Part shown: one piece after another, positions 59,131 to 64,000 of the stretch
How positions within the stretch are numbered: the stretch's first letter is position 1
Layout of the letters: the number at the start of each line of letters is the position of its first letter
Origin: an uncultured Pseudomonadota bacterium
GTDB taxonomy: Bacteria; Myxococcota_A; Polyangia; Fen-1088
DNA: 64,000 nucleotides
Direction: 5' to 3'
Assembly: GCA_963847705.1 (NCBI GenBank)
Contig: CAWKBC010000007.1
Location: forward strand, 1-64,000
Position numbers and translations under genes: made by a program
The notes under the pieces: model-generated
Told to the model about the DNA's origin: nothing
The model's input: the letters and a program-made list of their open reading frames with translations, nothing else
Database searches by the model: none

Positions 59131-61479
59131 ATGATGGAGCGCGTGCGCGCGGCGCTGAGCCGCGTTCCCACCTGGGCCTGGGCGCTGGCGTTCGCGCTGG
59201 CGCTCTGCCTGCCGCGGCTGGGGGCGTCCGGCTTTTGGGATCCGTCGGAGCTGAAGCTGGCCGAGCAGGCGCGCGACATCGCCCGCTCGGACAGCCTGCT
59301 CGATCCGACGGTCGCCGGAAAATACCCGGCGCGCCCACCGCTCGATCTGTCGCTGGCCGCGCTCGGCATCCGGCTGTTCGGCGCCAGCGAGCTCGGCGCG
59401 CGTCTCTTCTTCGCGCTCTGCGCGATCGGGGCGCTGATGGCGATCTACTGGGCTGGCGGGGGCCTGCTGCGCAAGCGCGCCGGTTTGCTGGCGACGCTGG
59501 CGCTCGGCACGACGCCGCTCTTCGTGCTGGAGGCGCGTCAGCTCACCTCCGACGCGCCTCTCATCGCCGCGCTGGCGCTGGTGCTGGGTGCGCTCGGCCG
59601 CTACGCCTGGCCGCCCGACGGTCGCCGCCGCGTGCGCGATCTGCTGCTCGGCCTCCTCGGCCTCGTCGTCGGCGCCCTGGCCGGAGGCGCGATGTCGGGC
59701 GTGGTGCTGCCGCTCCTGGCGCTGACCACCGCGCTGGCGATCGGACAGGGGCTGATGCCGATCGCCACCGCCGCCGTCGAGGACGGAACCGGTCCCCTGG
59801 CCGAGGCGGGGATCGGTCCCGACATCGAGGCCGAGCGTTCGTTCGGGGCCAGCACCTGGCGCCCCTCTGCGCGCGGTTTCTGGGCCTTCGCGCTCCTCAC
59901 CGTGGCGGCCGCCGTGCTGCTGGCCGTCGGCCTCGGCCACATCGTGGCCGGCAAGTATTCGTGGCTGGTGGGCGGTGTCCCGCGCAGCGGCGCGCCGGCC
60001 CACAGCTTCGAGACCCTGGTCCGCGAGCTCGGCTTCGGGCTCTTCCCCTGGAGCGCGGTGGCGGTGTTCGCGCTGGCGCGGCCGCTCATTCGGCTCGACG
60101 CCGACGGCAGCTCCGGGCCGCGCGGCAACCCGCGCCTGGCGTTCGTCGAGCTCTACCTGCTGCTCTTCGCCGGCATGGGCTATGCGCTCTCCAGCTACCG
60201 CGACATCGTGCTCGGTCAGGCCCGCTACGAGGCGCTCCCCGCCATCGCGCTGGCGATCGGGGCCTTCCTCGACGAGGCGCTGGAGGGGCTGCGCCCCGAG
60301 CCGGTGGCCGGCCTGCTGATGGCGACCGGGACCATGGTGGTCGCCCGCGACTTCTACCTGTCGCCCGAGGATCTGGCCTCCGTTCATCTGTTCGACAAGG
60401 TCCACTGGCCGGCGAACATCGCGATCGGGAACTTGATCCTCGGGGTCGGCCTGCTCGCGGCGCTGGGCGTCTACGCCGGTCTGGCGGCCCGCCCGCGCGC
60501 CCTCGGCCACGTCGCCCCCGGCGAGTCGGGCGCGGCGCCGAGCGCAACGTCGCCGAGCAGGTTCCGCCAGGCCCTCACGCGCGCCTTCACCGCCGTCGGC
60601 CGCTACGGTCTGCAGGGGGCCGTCGTCTGCGCGCTGTTCTTCGCCTTCTACCTTTCCCAGCTGGTCGTCCCGGCGCTGTCGACCCACCTTTCGTTCAAGC
60701 CGGTGCTGGAGTCGTACGCCAAGTTCGCCAAGCACGGCGAGAAGATCGGCCGCTACCGCGTCGAGGGGCACGGCTCGACTTTCTACAGCCAGGAGACGCT
60801 GATCGATCTGCCCACGCAGGATCGGGTGGTCGCCTTCGTGCGCGATCCGCAGCGGGTCTTCGCGCTGGTGGCCGCTTCCGAGCTGGCGCCGCTCGACTCG
60901 GCCTTCAAGCAGGCGCAGGTGCCCTACTACGTCGTCGACGGATCGTCGTCGCGCTTCCTGCTGCTCACCAACCAGCTCGATCCGGGTCAGAACGATCAGA
61001 ACCCGCTGCTCAAGGACGTCTGGTTCCCGCCGCCCGGCGCAGCGGCCGACGCCAAGCCCCCCTGGAGCTGGCGCGTCCCCATCTCGGCGACCTTCGAGAA
61101 CGCCATCCAGTTGGTTGGCGCCGACTTCCCCGCCGAGGTCCGGCGCCCGGGCAAGATCCCGCTCGACCTCATCTTCAAGGTCAAAGCCAAGCCGCCCGGC
61201 GGCTACAAGATCTTCGTCCACTTCGACGGCCCGGCGGCGCCGCGGGTGATCGGTGACCACGATCCGGTGAACCACGCGTTCGGCACCACCTACTGGCTCC
61301 CCGGCGAGTTCGTGCGCGATCACTCCGAGACGGACGTCCCGCTCATGACCACGCCGGCTGGCACGTACACCGTCTACATGGGCTTCTGGCCGGGCGGCGA
61401 GGGGAAGCGGCTCAAGATCACCGACGGCCCGAACGACGGCCAGGATCGCGTTCGCCTGGGCACCCTGGAGATCAAGTAG
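59131..61479 (+). CDS. GT-C (GT39/ArnT/PMT-like) integral membrane glycosyltransferase with periplasmic C-terminal domain
   Basis: WDP.E...AE.AR, PPL...L, E..AR, multiple TM segments, LFPW, and C-terminal IFVH.D..DH.P....W.PGE.V.D. Confidence 0.82.
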   Translation: MMERVRAALSRVPTWAWALAFALALCLPRLGASGFWDPSELKLAEQARDIARSDSLLDPTVAGKYPARPPLDLSLAALGIRLFGASELGARLFFALCAIGALMAIYWAGGGLLRKRAGLLATLALGTTPLFVLEARQLTSDAPLIAALALVLGALGRYAWPPDGRRRVRDLLLGLLGLVVGALAGGAMSGVVLPLLALTTALAIGQGLMPIATAAVEDGTGPLAEAGIGPDIEAERSFGASTWRPSARGFWAFALLTVAAAVLLAVGLGHIVAGKYSWLVGGVPRSGAPAHSFETLVRELGFGLFPWSAVAVFALARPLIRLDADGSSGPRGNPRLAFVELYLLLFAGMGYALSSYRDIVLGQARYEALPAIALAIGAFLDEALEGLRPEPVAGLLMATGTMVVARDFYLSPEDLASVHLFDKVHWPANIAIGNLILGVGLLAALGVYAGLAARPRALGHVAPGESGAAPSATSPSRFRQALTRAFTAVGRYGLQGAVVCALFFAFYLSQLVVPALSTHLSFKPVLESYAKFAKHGEKIGRYRVEGHGSTFYSQETLIDLPTQDRVVAFVRDPQRVFALVAASELAPLDSAFKQAQVPYYVVDGSSSRFLLLTNQLDPGQNDQNPLLKDVWFPPPGAAADAKPPWSWRVPISATFENAIQLVGADFPAEVRRPGKIPLDLIFKVKAKPPGGYKIFVHFDGPAAPRVIGDHDPVNHAFGTTYWLPGEFVRDHSETDVPLMTTPAGTYTVYMGFWPGGEGKRLKITDGPNDGQDRVRLGTLEIK

Positions 61480-61480
61480 T

Positions 61481-61555
61481 GCGTGAGCCTCGACGGGGTC
61501 TGCCCTGCGAGGCTCGTCGCGGGGGATCAAAAGGACCCTTTGAGGGTCCCTTTTT
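61481..61555 (-). repeat. Two-hairpin intergenic repeat, copy D
   Basis: Minus strand: AAAAGGGACCCT-caa-AGGGTCCTTTT...CCCGCGACGAGCCTCG...GGGCAGACCC...CGAGGCTC. Confidence 0.75.
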
Positions 61556-61574
61556 AAGTAGACTGGAGCGTGGG

Positions 61575-62009
61575 ATGACGCGGCGAGGGAAAGATCGGCG
61601 AAGGCGCGAGGTCACGGTTCCATCCGATCGCCGCGGCAGCGGCCCGGACCGCCGCGTCCACACACGCGTCACCGTCGACATCGAGGTCGACTACAAGAGC
61701 GCCGACAACTTTCTCTTCGCGTACATCACCGACATCAGCGCGATGGGGATCTTCATCCGCACCAACGCGCCCGAGGCGCCGGGGACGAAGCTCAATCTCA
61801 GCTTCGCGCCGCAGGGGGGCCCGCGCCTCAATCTCGAGGGGCGCGTGATGTGGGTGAATCCGTTCCGGCCTGGGAGCTACGACAACATCAACCCCGGAAT
61901 GGGCGTGCAGTTCGTCGATCTGTCGGCCGAGCAGCGCGAGCAGATCGTCAACCTGGTCCGCACCTTCGCCTACCTCTCGGACGACGAAGAGCCCAAAGGC
62001 AACAGCTGA
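61575..62009 (+). CDS. TIGR02266-family PilZ-domain protein
   Basis: DRRVHTR (RxxxR), DISAMGIFI (D/NxSxxG), GRVMW and PGMGVQF. Confidence 0.9.
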   Translation: MTRRGKDRRRREVTVPSDRRGSGPDRRVHTRVTVDIEVDYKSADNFLFAYITDISAMGIFIRTNAPEAPGTKLNLSFAPQGGPRLNLEGRVMWVNPFRPGSYDNINPGMGVQFVDLSAEQREQIVNLVRTFAYLSDDEEPKGNS

Positions 62010-62137
62010 GAGCGGCTCCGCCTTCGCGGAAGGGGCTTTCGCCCCTCCCGCGGGGCCCCCGACGAGAGCCGCACCCGGATCTCCTCGACGAGCGTCTTCT
62101 CAGGCGGGCAAGGCCCGCCTCCGATTCCGAACCTGGG

Positions 62138-63532
62138 CTACTCCAGGGCAGTCAGCAGGGTCGAGAAGTATGACGTCAGGCTGTCCCAGGGGTTCGGCAG
62201 GTCGTCGTTGGTCAAGTAGATGTACTGGACGTACTGCCGCGCCTGCTGGACGAACGTCGTGTTCATCGCCGAGACGGCGTAGGGGATGACGCCGAAGTTC
62301 GAGGGCGGATAGCTCGACCACTGGGCCAGGCTGGAGATCGAGGGGACCCCGTTGCTCTCGTAGATCAGCATGGTGTCGAGCGCCCCGATGTAGGCCGCCG
62401 GAACGTCGGTCCCGGGGTTGCCGACGGTGTAGTTGAGCCCGATGCTCTTCGCGTACTGCGACAGCGTCTGGTAGTGGGCCACGTCGCTGGTGGAGTTCGA
62501 CTGCTCGTCGAAGAAGATCCCCTGGAGCGTCGGGTAGAACGACTTCCACTGGTCCATCTCCGTCTCCATCGAGGCGATGCTGTGGCTGCCGTAGCCGGTG
62601 GCGACGTAGCCGATGACCTCGATGTGCGCGGCCTGGAGCGCGGCGATGCCGCTGGTGTAGCCGCTGTCCTTCGATGACCCCGGCCCGTCGCTGGGATTGA
62701 CGATGGCGACGACGTGGACGGTCGGGTGCGCCACGGCGGCGGTGATGATGGCGTTCCAGGAGGAATCGCTCGGGTCCGTGTAAAGCGGAACAATCGTTCC
62801 CGCCGCGGTCGAGCTGGTCGAGCCCGACCCACCGGTGCCAGTGGATGAGCTGCCGCCCGTGCCGCCGGTCGAGATGACCACGCTGCCACCGGCGCCGCTG
62901 CCACCGGTGGACGTGCCAGTGCTGCCACCAGTGGACGTGCCAGTGCTGCCGCCCGTGGCCGAGCCAGTGCTGCCGCCCGTGGCCGAGCCCGTGCTCCCGC
63001 CCGTGGCCGAGCCCGTGCTCCCGCCCGTGGCCGAGCCGGTGTCGCCACCCGTGCCGTGGCCCGTACTGCCGCCCGTGGACGTGTCGGCACCGCCAGGCGT
63101 GCCGCCGGTTGCCGTCGACGATCCGCCCAACCCGGTTCCGGCCGGCGTCCCGCCGGTCGCTGCTGCTCCGGTCGAGCCGCCGGTCGCGGTTGCGCCACCG
63201 GTCGCGGTCGCGCCGCCGGTCGCGGTCGCGCCGCCGGTCGCGGGCGAGCCGCCGGTCGCGGTCGAACCGCCGGTCGCGGTCGAACCGCCGGTCGCGGTCG
63301 AGCCGCCGATCGGGAGCAACGAGCCGCCCTGTCCGGTCGAACCACCGGTCGCGTGCGAGCCGCCGGTGGCCGAAGCGCCGCCCGTCTCCGTCGTGGAGCC
63401 ACCCGTGCCAGACGACTGCCCCGCCGACCCACCCGTCTCGTCAGAGCCCGAAATGCTACCCGGTTGCGCACATGACCAGACGAACGAAAGGCCACAGAAC
63501 AGGACTGCAGGGACAACTACACGATTGCGCAT
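62138..63532 (-). CDS. Lipoprotein with long TGG(S/A) repeat linker and spherulin-4 (GH135) domain
   Basis: VWSC lipobox, TGGSTA/TGGSTGSA repeats, VPLY, IVNP..GPG, IGYV.T.YG, GIFFDE, NPGT, YE and NPWD.L. Confidence 0.88.
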   Translation of the reverse strand: MRNRVVVPAVLFCGLSFVWSCAQPGSISGSDETGGSAGQSSGTGGSTTETGGASATGGSHATGGSTGQGGSLLPIGGSTATGGSTATGGSTATGGSPATGGATATGGATATGGATATGGSTGAAATGGTPAGTGLGGSSTATGGTPGGADTSTGGSTGHGTGGDTGSATGGSTGSATGGSTGSATGGSTGSATGGSTGTSTGGSTGTSTGGSGAGGSVVISTGGTGGSSSTGTGGSGSTSSTAAGTIVPLYTDPSDSSWNAIITAAVAHPTVHVVAIVNPSDGPGSSKDSGYTSGIAALQAAHIEVIGYVATGYGSHSIASMETEMDQWKSFYPTLQGIFFDEQSNSTSDVAHYQTLSQYAKSIGLNYTVGNPGTDVPAAYIGALDTMLIYESNGVPSISSLAQWSSYPPSNFGVIPYAVSAMNTTFVQQARQYVQYIYLTNDDLPNPWDSLTSYFSTLLTALE

Positions 63533-63715
63533 CAGCACCTCCGGCTAATCAGTACGGGGCCACACGAACTTCAGACGTGTAGGTTCGATCCCGCCATGTG
63601 CCGGGCTTGGGCTGCGCTCACCGTCGCCTTCGGCGCTCGATAGGCGACCAAGGGCCCGACGACGTGCGGGCCGATAGACGCCCTCCTTGCGCAGGCTGCT
63701 AGACTGCGCAGCCTC

Positions 63716-64000
63716 GTGAGTCGCAAGGAATCGACATCGGCACCGACCCCCACATCGATCAGCGCCAGGCGCGGGGCTGACGAGCCCGACTTCATCGTCG
63801 TGAAGGGAGCGCGCGAACACAATCTCGCCATTGATGAGCTGAAAATTCCCAAGCGGTCGCTGGTGGTCTTCACCGGCGTGTCGGGGTCGGGGAAATCGTC
63901 GCTGGCGTTCGACACGCTCTACGCCGAGGGACAGCGCCGCTACGTCGAGTCGCTGTCATCTTATGCGCGGCAATTTCTCGGGCAGATGGAGAAGCCGAAG
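63716..64000 (+). CDS. uvrA: Excinuclease ABC subunit A, 5' part (runs off the window)
   Basis: Manual translation: [55 protein letters not shown]. Confidence 0.96.
   Translation, partial: MSRKESTSAPTPTSISARRGADEPDFIVVKGAREHNLAIDELKIPKRSLVVFTGVSGSGKSSLAFDTLYAEGQRRYVESLSSYARQFLGQMEKPK

Noticed and set aside
56996-61574. Similar N-terminal peptides (RRGGSKGPxEGP) on ORFs 56996 and 61479
   Set aside because: They are translations of intergenic repeat copies C and D. Better starts lie downstream (57098, 61575).
62010-62135. GC-rich hairpin clusters in intergenic gaps (also 49470-49550, 54760-54845, 9350-9480)
   Set aside because: Likely terminators or other REP-like sequences, but I could not align a second copy within the window.
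62830-63430. Regular 18-24-bp repeats resembling an array (also 51420-51660, 24440-24730)
   Set aside because: They are in-frame coding repeats for Gly/Thr/Ala linkers with no unique spacers and no cas genes, so not CRISPR.
63575-63600. GGTTCGATCCC tRNA T-loop-like motif
   Set aside because: The T-stem does not pair fully, and no acceptor, D or anticodon arms can be built.

Overview
High-GC window whose gene content (TIGR02266 PilZ, PEGA, MshEN, Gly/Thr-rich lipoproteins with DAG repeats) suggests a Myxococcota (Polyangia-like) chromosome. It is mostly core or ordinary accessory genes: ctpA (partial), B12-dependent nrdJ with two NrdR boxes, cobU, lolA-ftsK, uvrC, argC-argB, an S55 peptidase/beta-propeller/MBL operon, ACT-DUF711-phosphoesterase-PPTase, a KirBac channel, rnhA, ECF sigma-thioredoxin, a HelD-like helicase, frmA-fghA, M61 peptidase, GH12, an AcpA/di-heme peroxidase pair, a GT2/flavoenzyme/GT-C cluster, GH135 and partial uvrA. 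I saw no rRNA, tRNA, CRISPR array, transposase or prophage. The most notable signals are: (1) a tandem array of three CxxC zinc-ribbon/lipobox/YG-motif small proteins, one a frameshifted relic missing from the ORF track; (2) an unknown basic-tailed gene with a myxobacterial-type LexA box over its -10; (3) a 74-bp duplication that creates a 25-aa ArgB-copy uORF coupled to argB; (4) a dispersed two-hairpin intergenic repeat with five copies; (5) a pervasive leaderless promoter layout. All product calls come from motif recognition by eye, and no database searches were run.
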